Assembly: GCA_942491655.1 (NCBI GenBank)
Contig: CALOBL010000013.1
Location: forward strand, 7,661-71,660
DNA from: Candidatus Cloacimonadaceae bacterium
GTDB lineage: Bacteria; Cloacimonadota; Cloacimonadia; Cloacimonadales; TCS61
DNA: 64,000 nt
Reading direction: 5' to 3'
Both the position numbers and the translations under genes were made by a program. Positions 50,334 to 61,863 of this stretch are shown one piece after another. Numbering within the stretch: the stretch's first letter is position 1; every line of letters starts with the position of its first letter. The notes under the pieces were generated by a model, which was not told the origin of the DNA, searched no databases, and saw nothing but the letters and a program-made list of their open reading frames with translations.

Positions 50334-51644
50334 GTGTCAAATAAAAACTTGACCGTATTTTACAGATTAGTCTTCGTTGCATACGAGTTTGCAATGCAAA
50401 CTTACAATAATAATAATGTTTCAGGAGGTATTTTGAATAATATTAATCCTAAAGAGATCCGGGAAAAAGCTGTTAGGGCTATTCTGAAAGATGGATTAAC
50501 CGATATTATGATCGGAATTCTTCTACTTGTCATCAGTTTATATTTTTATCTGGAAGTTTATTACCAGATCAATATTGTAATGCTTTTAATATTTCCCGGC
50601 ATATTAGTTGGGCCTCTTCTGATGAGTCTCAGAAAGAAATATACATATCCACGGACAGGTTATGTAAATTTAAAGACCAAAAAAGTACGAACCTTAAAAT
50701 TATCATTGGCTATTTTCGGTGTTTTCTCAGGTCTTATAGTATTTTATATATTCTATAATCGATCAGCAGGGATAATTGACAAGATCCTTCCCTACTTCGG
50801 ATATTTACCACTGCTCATTGGTATAGTACTATTTTTTATCTATGTTTATCAAGCTGTCAGATATAAGTTAAATCGCTACTATATTTATACTATTGTGGCT
50901 GCTGCCAGCATTCTTTATGCACTATCAGTCACAGATAAACGAATAGTCAGTTTTATATTAATGCTCTTTATTCAAGGAATTTTCTTACTGCCTGTCGGCT
51001 GTTATACTTTCTGGAAATTCCTGAGGAAAAATCCTGTCCCAGCAGAATCTGATACGGAAGAAGAAATGGATAATGATAATCAAATACAATTTCAAAAAGC
51101 TCTGGCCATAACAATTTCAGATGGGTGGCAGGAGATCCTTACAGCTTGTTTCCTGTTAGTCTGGATGATCATCATTCTTGTTTCAAACTTAAATGTATTC
51201 TGGTTATATTCCACTCTCATATTGAATCCGCTCTTTATATCTTTAATACTGAATAAACTTAGGAAAACACGTACTTTTCAACTTACTATGGAGTTGACGG
51301 ATAGCCGCATAGACCTGATCAGCTTTGCTTCATCTTTCTATTTCTTTTTCATGTTTAGTCTGGGAATTTTTGCTGTCTTAAGTTTAAAAGATACTTTTGA
51401 AGTCCGTAATTATGTATCCTTTTTGCCTGCTATCTTAGCTGCAGTAACCGGTCTCTATTATTTAATCTCTGCAGTAAAATACAAAATTGTAAGATTCAAA
51501 TATTATGCTTTGATTTTCTTACTTGCAGGCATTTCATCTATTATATTGACCACAGCAACCATACACCAGCTCACCTTGATTTTGCTGGTTCCTTCCATCT
51601 TATTTTTTGGACAGGGAATTAAATATCGGATTCGAGCCAGGTGA
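50334..51644 (+). CDS. Hypothetical polytopic membrane protein
   Basis: About ten hydrophobic helices. The ORF-track GTG start is doubtful; an in-frame TTG at 50433 is preceded by AGGAGG. Confidence 0.5.
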   Translation: MSNKNLTVFYRLVFVAYEFAMQTYNNNNVSGGILNNINPKEIREKAVRAILKDGLTDIMIGILLLVISLYFYLEVYYQINIVMLLIFPGILVGPLLMSLRKKYTYPRTGYVNLKTKKVRTLKLSLAIFGVFSGLIVFYIFYNRSAGIIDKILPYFGYLPLLIGIVLFFIYVYQAVRYKLNRYYIYTIVAAASILYALSVTDKRIVSFILMLFIQGIFLLPVGCYTFWKFLRKNPVPAESDTEEEMDNDNQIQFQKALAITISDGWQEILTACFLLVWMIIILVSNLNVFWLYSTLILNPLFISLILNKLRKTRTFQLTMELTDSRIDLISFASSFYFFFMFSLGIFAVLSLKDTFEVRNYVSFLPAILAAVTGLYYLISAVKYKIVRFKYYALIFLLAGISSIILTTATIHQLTLILLVPSILFFGQGIKYRIRAR

Positions 51645-51664
51645 TTAGAATAAGGGAATGATAT

Positions 51665-51991
51665 ATGCCGAAAGAAATATCAAATGCTCAGTTTAAACCT
51701 TTTTCCGAGATTGATAAACTTGTTCATGAACCAGCCAGGTTATCCATCTTAGCATTCCTTTCAGTTGTGGAAAGTGCTGATTTTCTCTTCCTGATGAAAC
51801 ATACTGAATTGACCCGCGGCAACCTCTCCAGTCATTTAAGTAAACTGGAAACTGCCGGCTATATTGAGATAAAAAAGGAATTTGTGGAAAAAATACCCCG
51901 TACTCTTCTACGGATAACTAAAGCTGGCCGAGAGGCCTTCCGAACTTATCATAAAAGAATGAAACAATTGCTGGGTCAGTTCGAAGGTTAG
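51665..51991 (+). CDS. Winged-helix transcriptional regulator (ArsR/HTH_34-like)
   Basis: LVHEPARLSILAFL...TELTRGNLSSHLSKLETAGYIEIKKEF...TLLRITKAGREAF is a typical wHTH. Confidence 0.65.
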   Translation: MPKEISNAQFKPFSEIDKLVHEPARLSILAFLSVVESADFLFLMKHTELTRGNLSSHLSKLETAGYIEIKKEFVEKIPRTLLRITKAGREAFRTYHKRMKQLLGQFEG

Positions 51992-51998
51992 GAATGCT

Positions 51999-52961
51999 AT
52001 GGAAAAATGGACCTGGTTAAGCCTGAAAAGTACTGATGATACATTACTGGATAAAATAATTTCAAGTCTCATTTCACAGAAATTCACCGGAGTTAATGTC
52101 AGCGGCAGTGTTTCCGCCATCAGGGAATTCTCGACAAAAGCTTATCACTCTGGGATAAAAACCAATGTCTGGTTCTGGACTCTGATCAATACAGAGCCGG
52201 AAATCTGTTCAAAACATCCTGATTGGTTTAATCTAAGCAGAGCCGGATTTTCTTCCCTTACTCATCCCCCCTATGTTGGATATTATAAATGGTACTGCCC
52301 CAATAAGATGGAAGTTCAGGATCACATTCTGCAGCGTATCAGAGAATATTGTTCCATTGTCACACTGGCTGGCATCCATCTCGATTATATAAGGTATCCC
52401 GATGTTATCCTGCCACCAGCGATACAGCCAAAATATGGCTTAAAACAGTCAGAAGAAGAGCCGCAATTTGATTTTTGCTATTGTGATACTTGTAGAGGAA
52501 AATTTAAACAGGAATTTGGTTTAGACCCATTAGACCTGAAAAATCCAGCTGCAGATCAGAATTGGCTGAATTTCCGCCTGCATAGTGTAAATAAGCTGGT
52601 CAATCAAATCTCAGAAATGGTTCATTCCTATGACAAAGAGCTGTCTGCAGCAGTTTTTCCACATCCTGAATTGGCAATTAAACTGGTGCGACAGGACTGG
52701 ACATCCTGGCAGCTTGATGCTGTATTCCCAATGGTTTATCATAAATTTTACAACAAATCTATTAACTGGCTGGCGGAGATCAATGCCGAGCTTATTAACG
52801 ACTATCATTATAAAATTCCTCTAATACCTGGAATTTATCTTCCCGATCTGTCTGAGGAAGAGTTGCTCAGGATCAGAGAAATCTCTTTTAGGGAAAATCT
52901 CTCTGGCTTATCATTTTTTGACTACAGTACAGTGCAGAAGAGATTTGTGAACTTGATTTAG
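51999..52961 (+). CDS. Glycoside-hydrolase-like family 10 (GHL10/DUF187-like) protein
   Basis: The GIHLDYIRYPD motif and TIM-barrel-like alternation; weak by-eye assignment. Confidence 0.4.
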   Translation: MEKWTWLSLKSTDDTLLDKIISSLISQKFTGVNVSGSVSAIREFSTKAYHSGIKTNVWFWTLINTEPEICSKHPDWFNLSRAGFSSLTHPPYVGYYKWYCPNKMEVQDHILQRIREYCSIVTLAGIHLDYIRYPDVILPPAIQPKYGLKQSEEEPQFDFCYCDTCRGKFKQEFGLDPLDLKNPAADQNWLNFRLHSVNKLVNQISEMVHSYDKELSAAVFPHPELAIKLVRQDWTSWQLDAVFPMVYHKFYNKSINWLAEINAELINDYHYKIPLIPGIYLPDLSEEELLRIREISFRENLSGLSFFDYSTVQKRFVNLI

Positions 52962-53107
52962 AAATAACTTTTTGTACGCTAACGTACGGGAAAGTTCATA
53001 TACGAACAAAGAAGAATTATTGGCCATGCCATAACTTCCCATATTACAGAACGTTACAATATGGAACACAGTTTGCTTTTTCACTTATTAATTATTTGGG
53101 GGAATTT

Positions 53108-54139
53108 ATGAAGAACACTATATTTATCGTCATCATTTTTACTTTTTTGATATTATGGAATTCCCTTTTTGCACAAAGCTACATGGACACTGCGCGTAAA
53201 GCTGAACAATTAAGAACTGCCGGAAAATTTGTTGAAGTTGCAGAACTTTATGAAGCCTACATTACAGAAAATGGACCTGATCCTATTGTGTATTACAGTG
53301 CAGCTTGTCACTGGTCTCTGGCTGGAGAACTTGATAAGGCCTTTAAAGCTCTAACGGAAGCGGTCGAGAATGGTTTATATGAGAAGGATTGGATAGAGCA
53401 CGATGATGATTTCGCAAATCTGAAAAATGATGAACGTTACAGCCAATTAATGTCTTTACTGGATAATAAAATTGAAAAATTATTAAGTGAACTACCTTAC
53501 AAACACGAAGAGTCAGATAAAATTATTCTTCCTGAACCCCAAAAAGAGAGTGAACATTCCATTGAAGCAATGTTAGAGATCAGGCGTTCAATCAGAAATT
53601 ACACCTCTGCCCCACTTTCGTTGCAGGAAGTTTCTCAGTTGCTCTGGGCTGCTTATGGTATTAACAAACCAATCCCCGATGCTCCTTATCTGCGGGGCGG
53701 CCTTAAAACTACTCCTTCAGCGGGTGCAACATACCCTCTGGAGATCTATCTGGTTTGCGGAAATGTAACAGATCTGCTGCCCGGCGTTTATAAGTATAAA
53801 CCGGAAGATCATTCCCTGTTTACTGTTTTAAAGAAAGATTTAAGAGAGGATCTGTATATGGCTTCACTACAGCAGCCCTGGGTACTGGAAGCACCAGCTT
53901 CTCTGGTCTATTCTGCAGTTTTCAGCCGAACTACAGATATATACGGCAGTCGTGGTAAAGAAAGATATGTCTGCATGGATGTAGGCCATTCAGCAGAGAA
54001 CGTCTACCTGCAGGCAGGTGCTTTAAATATAGGAACAGTTGCTATAGGTGCTTTTTCAGATCTAAATGTGAAACTTCTTCTAAACATGACGCGGGAAGAA
54101 GAACCTTTGTATATTATGCCAATAGGCAAAATAAAATAA
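53108..54139 (+). CDS. Signal-peptide-bearing protein with an N-terminal helical/TPR-like region and a C-terminal SagB/ThcOx-type nitroreductase domain
   Basis: ATG at 53108 after GGGGGA; MKNTIFIVIIFTFLILWNSLFAQ; RRSIRNYT...LSLQEVSQLLWAAYGI...TPSAGATYPLEIYL...GVYKYKPEDHSL...HSAENVYLQAGALNIG. Confidence 0.65.
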   Translation: MKNTIFIVIIFTFLILWNSLFAQSYMDTARKAEQLRTAGKFVEVAELYEAYITENGPDPIVYYSAACHWSLAGELDKAFKALTEAVENGLYEKDWIEHDDDFANLKNDERYSQLMSLLDNKIEKLLSELPYKHEESDKIILPEPQKESEHSIEAMLEIRRSIRNYTSAPLSLQEVSQLLWAAYGINKPIPDAPYLRGGLKTTPSAGATYPLEIYLVCGNVTDLLPGVYKYKPEDHSLFTVLKKDLREDLYMASLQQPWVLEAPASLVYSAVFSRTTDIYGSRGKERYVCMDVGHSAENVYLQAGALNIGTVAIGAFSDLNVKLLLNMTREEEPLYIMPIGKIK

Positions 54140-54203
54140 AAAAGAGCGTTTGCCCTGACGCTCTTCTTAGGATTAGCAAATCTTACCTCCTTGCTAAATC
54201 CAA

Positions 54204-54232
54204 AAATCCCTCCTGCCCGGAGGGATTTTTTT
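54204..54232. terminator. Bidirectional rho-independent terminator between convergent genes
   Basis: 10-bp stem aaatccctcc/ggagggattt flanked by an A-run and a T-run. Confidence 0.7.
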
Positions 54233-54680
54233 ATTTCATTAGTACTATTAAACTCGGTTCGTCTCATACTGCTACTTAGTCCTTTTGAAACTAATTATGG
54301 TGTTTTTTAAGTATTAGCTTTGTTTGTGATTATATTCTTACCTGTTGTTCAATTTATTTTTGCATCAGAAAGATCTTTTATTTATAGGTAACTAAACGTG
54401 AGTTTAGTTACCAGCTTTTAAATATCTTAACCGAATACTTGATATTTGAAATTTGATTATTCATTATTGAAAATTGAGAAAATTCTGAAACTCGAGGTTC
54501 AGAAGTGCGAAGCAGATGCAGTCTGCTCAATATTAAACCTAACCTTAACCTTCCAAAGGTTACAAAACCTACCAAAGGACAAGTAAACCTTCGGAAGGGC
54601 TGTTCTATTCCGGCCTGGTTATCCAAGCTGGATCTTGGATAGAAGTGGGTTAGGTAAAATTCAATAATACTTGCAGGTAT

Positions 54681-55433
54681 CTAATTATCCCCCAGTAAAC
54701 TACCCAGCAGACCACCGCCAAGACCATGACGGGTTTCACCTTTATTAGATCGAGCTCCTGCCAGGATCCTGTCTGCCAGACGCGACAGCGGCAGGCTTTG
54801 CAGATAAACAACACCAGGTCCTGTCACTGTGGCCATGAAAAGCCCTTCCCCGCCAAATAAAGCATTCTTGAAACCACCTACGAGCTGGATATCATAGCTT
54901 ACCGTATCTGCAAATCCTACCAGACAGCCGGTATCAACTCTTAAAGATTCCGAGGCAGCCAGTTCTCTCTTCACAATTGTACCTCCGGCATGAATAAAAG
55001 CCAGACCATCCCCTTCCAATTTCTGCAGAATAAATCCTTCCCCACCGAATAACCCTGCACCGATCTTCTTGGTAAAAGCAACATTGATCTCGATCCCTTT
55101 AGCAGCACAGAGAAAAGCATCTTTCTGACATAGGAAGCTATTGTGCTGACTCAGATCCAGGGGAATGATCTTCCCGGGATAAGGCGCACCGAAAGCAACA
55201 TGTTTTTTCCCACTGCCCTGATGCAGAAAATCTGTAATAAAAAAGCTCTCACCGGTTACGATGCGTTTAAAACCCTTCATAAGTCCACCACCGGTGGAGG
55301 TCTGCATCTGAATGCCATCCTCCATGTACATCATAGCACCGGCTTCCGCCCTTACAGCTTCACCCGGATCCAGTTCTATTTCCACAATCTGCATGTCATC
55401 ACCAAAGATTTTATAATCAATTACATCTGCCAT
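54681..55433 (-). CDS. AIM24 / TIGR00266 (DUF124) family protein
   Basis: MADVIDYKIFGDDMQIVEIELDPGEAVRAEAGAMMYM... is the family N-terminus. AAGGAG lies 7 nt upstream of the ATG at 55433, so the ORF-track start at 55469 is probably too long. Confidence 0.75.
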   Translation of the reverse strand: MADVIDYKIFGDDMQIVEIELDPGEAVRAEAGAMMYMEDGIQMQTSTGGGLMKGFKRIVTGESFFITDFLHQGSGKKHVAFGAPYPGKIIPLDLSQHNSFLCQKDAFLCAAKGIEINVAFTKKIGAGLFGGEGFILQKLEGDGLAFIHAGGTIVKRELAASESLRVDTGCLVGFADTVSYDIQLVGGFKNALFGGEGLFMATVTGPGVVYLQSLPLSRLADRILAGARSNKGETRHGLGGGLLGSLLGDN

Positions 55434-55825
55434 AATCTGCTCCTTTATGTTTGTTTTATTAAGTGGCAATTTCTGTAAAATTCCGATAAGAAGGCAAGCA
55501 GAAAATGACCGGATTAATCTTGATATTTCGTTCCATAATCATAGATTGTTACCATTCTGCCACTTTTATGGGATACGATTAGAGATATCTTGATAAACTC
55601 TACAAGGTCCAGATGAATCATCATCATGTACGTTTTCGCACTGTAATTTGCCAATATCGGACAGCATTCAAAATGTATATATTGCGTAATCCTATACATT
55701 ACTATACTTTAATAGATTGGCACAGGGTTTGCATTCATAATATCCGTCTGAATTATGCTTAGAATTTTTATAATTGTAAGTAGTAATTTTTCCTTGTATT
55801 TTGAATTCCCCAAAATTCAAAACAG

Positions 55826-55855
55826 AATGCTCCGGTTTCCCGGAGCATTTTTTAT
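55826..55855. terminator. Terminator hairpin downstream of the M42 peptidase gene; the T-run is stronger on the plus strand
   Basis: 10-bp stem aatgctccgg/ccggagcatt with loop tttc, followed by T6 on the plus strand and tctgtttt on the minus strand. Confidence 0.55.
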
Positions 55856-55892
55856 TTATCTTTGCTTCTTTCCATTTAGATAAACACTGTGA

Positions 55893-56966
55893 TCATTTTA
55901 AAATATCTGTCAGTGTATCCCAATCCAATTCTTTTACTATAGCTTTCAACAATTTCATAAGTTCATTAAAATCATCCATACTTATACAGCAATTATGACT
56001 GTGTGCGTAACGGACAGGTACTCCCAGCACAATAGTTGGTATACCCTGATTTGCCAGATGGATATGCATCCCGTCAGTACCTCCGCCCCGGCGTACTGCC
56101 AGCTGATATCTAATCTTATTCTTTTCAGCAGTATTCGCTACAAAATCTTTTAATCTCTTCTTCACGATCATAGTGGGATCGAATACTCTTACATGAGCTC
56201 CTTTGCCTACAGCTGTCTGGCTGCCGAATGGAATTCCGGGAATATCGTCAGCCGGTGCACCTTCCAGCACAAAACAGATATCAGCATCAGTTCTACCGGC
56301 AATAGATCTGGCACCTCTGCCTCCAACTTCTTCCTGAACTGAACCAACACAATATACTGTATTAGGATGTTCATTCTCACCCAGATATTTTCCCAATTCA
56401 ATTACAGCAGCAACTCCGGCTCTATCGTCAAATGCCTTAGAGAACATTTTTCTGCTCTCCTCGTTATAGGAATAATTTGTTACAGGTACAACCTGATCTC
56501 CCAGATTAACTCCGAAATCAGATTCTACTTCAGCCCGTGAATTTGCACCGATATCGACGAACATATCTGTAATTTCCGGTTTTACATCATTTCCTTTTTT
56601 AAAATGAACCGGAACAGAGCCGATAATACCCGGATATTTCTCACCGGCTGAATTGATCACTTCCACTGGAGAAGAGAGTAAGGTAAAGGGATTCCAACCT
56701 CCAACCGGCTGCAGTTTTAAGAACCCGGAATCAAGTATGTCTGCGACCAGAAAGCCAATCTCGTCCATATGAGCGATGAACATTATGCGTGGTTTTTCCT
56801 GGCCTGAATAGTTAAAGAAAACTGAACCCATATTGTCCGTGAAATAGGAAGCTTTTGCTCCCAGTTCCTTGATCATGATCTCTTTCACTGCATCCTCATG
56901 TCCAGAGATCCCCGGTGCTGTCGTTAATTTTTTCAATAGTTCTACAGAATGCAAATCAACCTCCAT
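55893..56966 (-). CDS. M42 family metallopeptidase (glutamyl aminopeptidase / FrvX-like)
   Basis: ...TTAPGISGHEDAV..., FIAHMDEIGF, AFDDRAGV and SVQEEVGGRGA are typical M42 motifs. The start overlaps the kinase stop (TAATG). Confidence 0.85.
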   Translation of the reverse strand: MEVDLHSVELLKKLTTAPGISGHEDAVKEIMIKELGAKASYFTDNMGSVFFNYSGQEKPRIMFIAHMDEIGFLVADILDSGFLKLQPVGGWNPFTLLSSPVEVINSAGEKYPGIIGSVPVHFKKGNDVKPEITDMFVDIGANSRAEVESDFGVNLGDQVVPVTNYSYNEESRKMFSKAFDDRAGVAAVIELGKYLGENEHPNTVYCVGSVQEEVGGRGARSIAGRTDADICFVLEGAPADDIPGIPFGSQTAVGKGAHVRVFDPTMIVKKRLKDFVANTAEKNKIRYQLAVRRGGGTDGMHIHLANQGIPTIVLGVPVRYAHSHNCCISMDDFNELMKLLKAIVKELDWDTLTDILK

Positions 56967-59900
56967 TATTTCATTTCTATGTTAAACTTCTTATCAAATG
57001 TGTTAAAATAGTTTTTATAACTTTTCAGGGTCTCTTTCAGCATGGGATTTAATTTAGGCAACCAATCAGGAACTTCCGAAATATCTCCGTTCTTACCTCT
57101 AATTTCGATCTGGTAGCAGATCTTGGCAAAACCCTTTGCACCCAGATTCGCACTGCCACCTTTCAATTTATGAGAAATTTCCCGGACTTTCTCGGGCAAA
57201 TCCTCTTGTACAGCAGCTTCCAGTTTTATCAGATTTTCAGGATACTCCTCTATAAAACCGCTGATCAGATCGTGCAGCAGATTTCCTTCTTCTTCACCGA
57301 TATCGAGATTTTTTATGGAATCAATCATTTTCCAGTCCATGATATCATCGGCTTTGGCTTCACTGGTCCTTTTAAAGGGAGTCAAAATCTTACCCCACCG
57401 TTGAATAGTATCTCTAAGCTCTGTTACCTGTACCGGTTTAGATATATAATCATCCATACCAGCATCAAAACAGGCTTCTTTATCTTCCTTCATGGCATTA
57501 GCCGTCATAGCGATAATTTTCGGTCGCTGATCGGGAGGGTATTTTCGAACAATTCTACGGGTAGCTTCCAACCCATCCATTTCCGGCATCTGAACATCCA
57601 TGAAGACCAGATCGTAAGTCTGGCGCTCCACAGCTTCCAGAGCTTCCAGACCGTTTGCGGCCATATCAGCATAATAACCCATTTTTTCCAGTATGCGTAA
57701 AGCTATCTTCTGATTGATGACATTATCTTCTACCAGCAGCATTTTTAATGGTGTTGCCTCCGCCATCTTCTCATCCAGCAGTTTTGCAGTTCCATTTAGA
57801 TGTTCCTTTTCCTGGATTTTTCCTCCCAGTATATTGACAATTGAATCAAACAAATTTGACTGCTTTACCGGTTTGGAGAGATATATATTGAATACATTTT
57901 CCGGAATTTTCAGTTCTCTTGGTTTACCTATAGAACTAAGCATAATGAGTGGTAATTCTGTTTCATTATACTGCTCCCTGATCTTGATTCCCAGTTCAGC
58001 TCCGTTCATTTCAGGCATATGCATATCCAGTATACCCAGGTCAAAATTGTTCTCCGTCTTCAGCAATTTAAGAGTTTCAGCACCCGAGTCAATTGCCACA
58101 GGATCCATTCTCCAGTTACGGCATTGAATTGAGAGGATCTTCCTGTTGGTCTCATTATCGTCAACAATCAGAACTCTCATGCCTTCTAACTGTTTGGTTT
58201 TCTCTTTCTGCTCTTTTTTCCCAATTGCAGAGGAAGCTTTTGCTTTAATAGTAAAATGGAAAGTAGACCCTTTTCCCGGGACACTTTCAACCCAGATATC
58301 TCCTTCCATCATTTCGGTGATCCTTTTGCAGATAGCCAGTCCTAAACCCGTTCCACCATATTTTCTGGTAGTTGAGGAATCCACCTGGGAAAATGCCTTG
58401 AACAACCTGTTCAGTCTGTCTTCCGGTATACCGATACCAGTATCTTTTATGGAAAAATGAAGAACTTCACGGTCCTCTTCCTGCCCCATTTTTTCAACAT
58501 TTATAAATATTTCACCAGCTTCGGTGAATTTAACAGCGTTATTGACCAGATTAACCAGAACCTGGCGCAATCTGGTTATATCACCAATAATATTGATCGG
58601 AACATCTGATTCAATAAGATAGAGCAGATCCAGTTGTTTTTCAGTTGCTTTGGGAGAGATCAGATCATAAGTTTCCTCAATACAGCTTCTTATATCCAGG
58701 GGCTGGTATTCCAGTTCCATTTTGCCTGATTCGATCTTGGAAAAATCGAGAATATCATTGATAATCGTAAGCAGGCTGTCACCGCTGACTCTTATGGTAT
58801 CAACGTATTCTTTCTGTTCCGCATCTAGTTCCGTGTCCATCAGCAGGCCGGTCATACCAATAACGCCATTCATAGGAGTACGAATTTCATGACTCATAGA
58901 GGCCAGGAAATCTGCTTTAGCCCGGGCAGCTTCCTCAGCTATGAGCTTCGCTTCCATCAACTGGATCTCATATTTCTTCTTCAAAATGACCTGAGCTATC
59001 TGGTAAGATATTATCTCCAGAATATTTTTATCACTTTCACTATACAGATTCTCATTCTCGTAGCTTTGTACTGCAACCACGCCGATAGTCTCAGTTTCTG
59101 ATTTAAGGGGAACGCCCAGCCAGACTTTGGAAGGAGTACCAATTGTTCCTACTTCTCCTGAATCAATTAACTGTTGCTGTTTCTTTTCATTAGCCAGAAG
59201 TGATTTCCCGGTCTTTATCACATAACCGGTAAAAGTGTTTTCAATCGGTATTTTTTCAACATTTTCCTTCTCATCTTTCATGTATGGAAGCGAGATCGTA
59301 TTATCACTCTTATCATAGAGTGCGATATAGAAATTTTCTGTATCGATAATCTGATGCAGGATTTTCTGAATATAGCTTAACAGATCTTTGATTTCATTGA
59401 TCTCGTTTACTGCTGTAGCAATGTTAAAGATCGTCTGCTGGATCAGCTCAGATTTTTTCCGTTCGGTAATGTCCTGGATCAGGAAGAAAAATCCGGTCTT
59501 TTCCCCGGCTTTGTTTTTCATGCTGGTAAAACTAACTTCTCCAGTTTTGATTTCATTATTTACAGTCAGGAATTCCAGTTCAATCGAATTCATTGAGTAA
59601 GAATTTTGATATTCCTGGAATTTATCGAACATAAACCGTCTGCTTTTTTTCGTAAAGAAAGGCAGTTTGATTACACTTTCGCCAATAAAGCGCTGAGCAT
59701 CATAACCAAGCCAGTCTTCAATCCGGGAATTGATATCGATGATCCGGGAGTCTAAATCCGTCAGCAGGATCGCTTCAGGGGACATTTCGAACATATTTTT
59801 ATAGCGCTCTCTGTTTTTATTAGCATCTTCCTGAGTGCGAACAAGATCTGTAATGTCATCGAAACTCTCAATTCCCCCGATAATATTCCCTTCATTATCG

Positions 59901-61420
59901 GTTAAATAATCTGCATTTTTGGAAATTATGCGGATCTCACCGCTTTTAGTTTTAATTGTACACTGCTTCCGGATAATCGGTTTAGGTATATCAGGATTGA
60001 ACAGTCCACAACCTTTATCACATGGGTCAGCTGCGAAAAGCCTACAGTCTTTACCGATAACTTCTTCTGCAGTATAACCTGTAATCTCGGCTATCCTGTC
60101 ATTCCAGCTGGTTACTCTGCCTTCAGTATCCAGTGTAAAGAGGGAACTGGGAACAAGGCGATATAGTAATTCAGCTCTCTCTTTAGCCTCCTGCAATTCT
60201 GCACTGGCTTTTTTACGATCGGTTACATCCAGCATATACTCGATCATCTGAGAAACCTCACCATTCTTATCAAAAACAGGAAAACCATGCACCTCAATAT
60301 TCCTGGCTTTACCCTCATCATCATAGTGAATATGTTCAACGACAACCGGTTTCCTGGTTTTCTTTATCAATTCCAAAGGACAGGGATGTTCTTTTCCGGC
60401 ACAGGGTTCCTGCGAATTATAAGTAAGCCCATAACAGGTTGTAATTGAAGTAGAACCTTTTTTCCTGGCAGCAGAATTGAATATCATAACTGAATAATTA
60501 ACAGCATTGATAACATAGAAAGGATATTGAAGCGAATCGATCACATTACCCAGGAATGCATTCTGTTCCTTAATTATCTTCTGAAACTCTTTTTTCCGGG
60601 TTATATTATGGGCCATCCCTTCAATTGCTATAACTTTACCTTCTTTATTATAAAGAGGAAATTCTGAAACCTCAAGAGTGATGACTTTTCCATTTTTATG
60701 CGTTATCTCAACCTCAAAAGTCGGTTGTTGCTTCCCTTCTATACTAAGCTGAGTAAATCTGCGAGCCAGTTTATTAACCGGATTATCTGTAAGATAAGAT
60801 CTCACATTTTTTTCAAACTGCTCGCTGGTATATCCAAGCACAGATTCAATCGAGTCACTTATATAAGTGTATTTCATCTCTGTGTCATGTGTATAGAAGA
60901 AAAAATCTTTTTTAAGATTCTCTGTTAATCTTCTGAATTTCTCTTCACTCTGGCAGAGTAACCCTGATTTCTCTTTAATAATGTTACTGGAAGCGATCAA
61001 TTTTTGCGTGTTATTCCAATTTTTGATCAATGAATCTGTCAAAGACAATATTTCCTCTTCAGTAAAAGGCTTGTTAATAAAGTAATAATCATAAATAAGA
61101 GTTTTCCTTAATTCGTAGGAAGTTTTGTCTGGGAAACCGGACACAAATAAGATCATAACTTCCGGATCGATCTTCCTGATCCGTTTTGCTGTTTCAAATC
61201 CACCCATTTCCGGCATTCTCACGTCCAGAATACATAATGGGATCCGCTTACCGTCTCGAAAAAAATCTTCGAAACTTGCAACCAATTTTACACCATCTTC
61301 ATACAACTTTATATCAAATTGCTCGTTCGTATCAATCTCTTTATTAGCCAGTCTAAACAGCTCTCTGTACATTTCCAGTATCTTTAAATCATCTTCAGCA
61401 ATAAGGATTGTCCTATTCAT
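56966..61420 (-). CDS. Hybrid sensor histidine kinase: REC - multiple PAS - GAF - HisKA - HATPase - REC - REC - HPt
   Basis: LIAEDDL...DVRMPEMGG (REC), several PAS-like repeats, [13 protein letters not shown] (H-box), DTGIGIP...[11 protein letters not shown] (G-boxes), two further REC domains ([18 protein letters not shown]) and [12 protein letters not shown] (HPt). The ATG at 61420 is preceded by GGGGG. Confidence 0.9.
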   Translation of the reverse strand: MNRTILIAEDDLKILEMYRELFRLANKEIDTNEQFDIKLYEDGVKLVASFEDFFRDGKRIPLCILDVRMPEMGGFETAKRIRKIDPEVMILFVSGFPDKTSYELRKTLIYDYYFINKPFTEEEILSLTDSLIKNWNNTQKLIASSNIIKEKSGLLCQSEEKFRRLTENLKKDFFFYTHDTEMKYTYISDSIESVLGYTSEQFEKNVRSYLTDNPVNKLARRFTQLSIEGKQQPTFEVEITHKNGKVITLEVSEFPLYNKEGKVIAIEGMAHNITRKKEFQKIIKEQNAFLGNVIDSLQYPFYVINAVNYSVMIFNSAARKKGSTSITTCYGLTYNSQEPCAGKEHPCPLELIKKTRKPVVVEHIHYDDEGKARNIEVHGFPVFDKNGEVSQMIEYMLDVTDRKKASAELQEAKERAELLYRLVPSSLFTLDTEGRVTSWNDRIAEITGYTAEEVIGKDCRLFAADPCDKGCGLFNPDIPKPIIRKQCTIKTKSGEIRIISKNADYLTDNEGNIIGGIESFDDITDLVRTQEDANKNRERYKNMFEMSPEAILLTDLDSRIIDINSRIEDWLGYDAQRFIGESVIKLPFFTKKSRRFMFDKFQEYQNSYSMNSIELEFLTVNNEIKTGEVSFTSMKNKAGEKTGFFFLIQDITERKKSELIQQTIFNIATAVNEINEIKDLLSYIQKILHQIIDTENFYIALYDKSDNTISLPYMKDEKENVEKIPIENTFTGYVIKTGKSLLANEKKQQQLIDSGEVGTIGTPSKVWLGVPLKSETETIGVVAVQSYENENLYSESDKNILEIISYQIAQVILKKKYEIQLMEAKLIAEEAARAKADFLASMSHEIRTPMNGVIGMTGLLMDTELDAEQKEYVDTIRVSGDSLLTIINDILDFSKIESGKMELEYQPLDIRSCIEETYDLISPKATEKQLDLLYLIESDVPINIIGDITRLRQVLVNLVNNAVKFTEAGEIFINVEKMGQEEDREVLHFSIKDTGIGIPEDRLNRLFKAFSQVDSSTTRKYGGTGLGLAICKRITEMMEGDIWVESVPGKGSTFHFTIKAKASSAIGKKEQKEKTKQLEGMRVLIVDDNETNRKILSIQCRNWRMDPVAIDSGAETLKLLKTENNFDLGILDMHMPEMNGAELGIKIREQYNETELPLIMLSSIGKPRELKIPENVFNIYLSKPVKQSNLFDSIVNILGGKIQEKEHLNGTAKLLDEKMAEATPLKMLLVEDNVINQKIALRILEKMGYYADMAANGLEALEAVERQTYDLVFMDVQMPEMDGLEATRRIVRKYPPDQRPKIIAMTANAMKEDKEACFDAGMDDYISKPVQVTELRDTIQRWGKILTPFKRTSEAKADDIMDWKMIDSIKNLDIGEEEGNLLHDLISGFIEEYPENLIKLEAAVQEDLPEKVREISHKLKGGSANLGAKGFAKICYQIEIRGKNGDISEVPDWLPKLNPMLKETLKSYKNYFNTFDKKFNIEMK

Positions 61421-61498
61421 CCAGACCCCCAAAAGAATTTATGCTCTACTTTAGATAAAAAAAATGAAATAAAGGGAAGAGTCAATAGAATTCTGCCA

Positions 61499-61530
61499 CA
61501 AAAAAAACCGCACGATATACTCGTACGGTT
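61499..61530 (-). terminator. Rho-independent terminator of the ECF sigma operon
   Basis: Minus strand reads accgtacgagtatatcgtgcggt followed by T8. Confidence 0.7.
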
Positions 61531-61550
61531 TTCCTGATAAAGGTTATTTT

Positions 61551-61841
61551 TTATTCAGAGTTTTTCTCTTCAAGCTGTTCATTTTCCCGAGTATGAATTT
61601 TTGTAAATATACCATGTTGTTTGGGATGATGATGCGAGCTTACCTTTGCTCCAAACAGAATTTTGCTAAGTATAAGAATCATTATCCCTTGCCAGTAAGT
61701 AATTTCTGAGGTATTAAAGATCTCTGAAATGGTAGCATTCCAGATTAACTGCACTACCCAACCCGCCAGAAAGGCCACTCCAATACCAAGTAAAATAAAC
61801 AGTGGTATGAATTTGTAATACTTTTTATGTGATTTACACAT
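61551..61841 (-). CDS. Small two-helix membrane protein with His-rich tail
   Basis: Two hydrophobic helices followed by SSHHHPKQHG; last gene of the sigma operon. Confidence 0.45.
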   Translation of the reverse strand: MCKSHKKYYKFIPLFILLGIGVAFLAGWVVQLIWNATISEIFNTSEITYWQGIMILILSKILFGAKVSSHHHPKQHGIFTKIHTRENEQLEEKNSE

Positions 61842-61863
61842 AATCTCCTCCTTTGGTTTTACT

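Noticed and set aside
55470-55825. Unannotated plus-strand small gene or sRNA ending at the strong plus-strand terminator at 55826-55855
   Set aside because: Only short ORFs (25-49 aa) without convincing RBS signals are present, and the hairpin can act bidirectionally for the M42 gene. I kept it as a terminator annotation only; RNA-seq would be needed to revive this idea.
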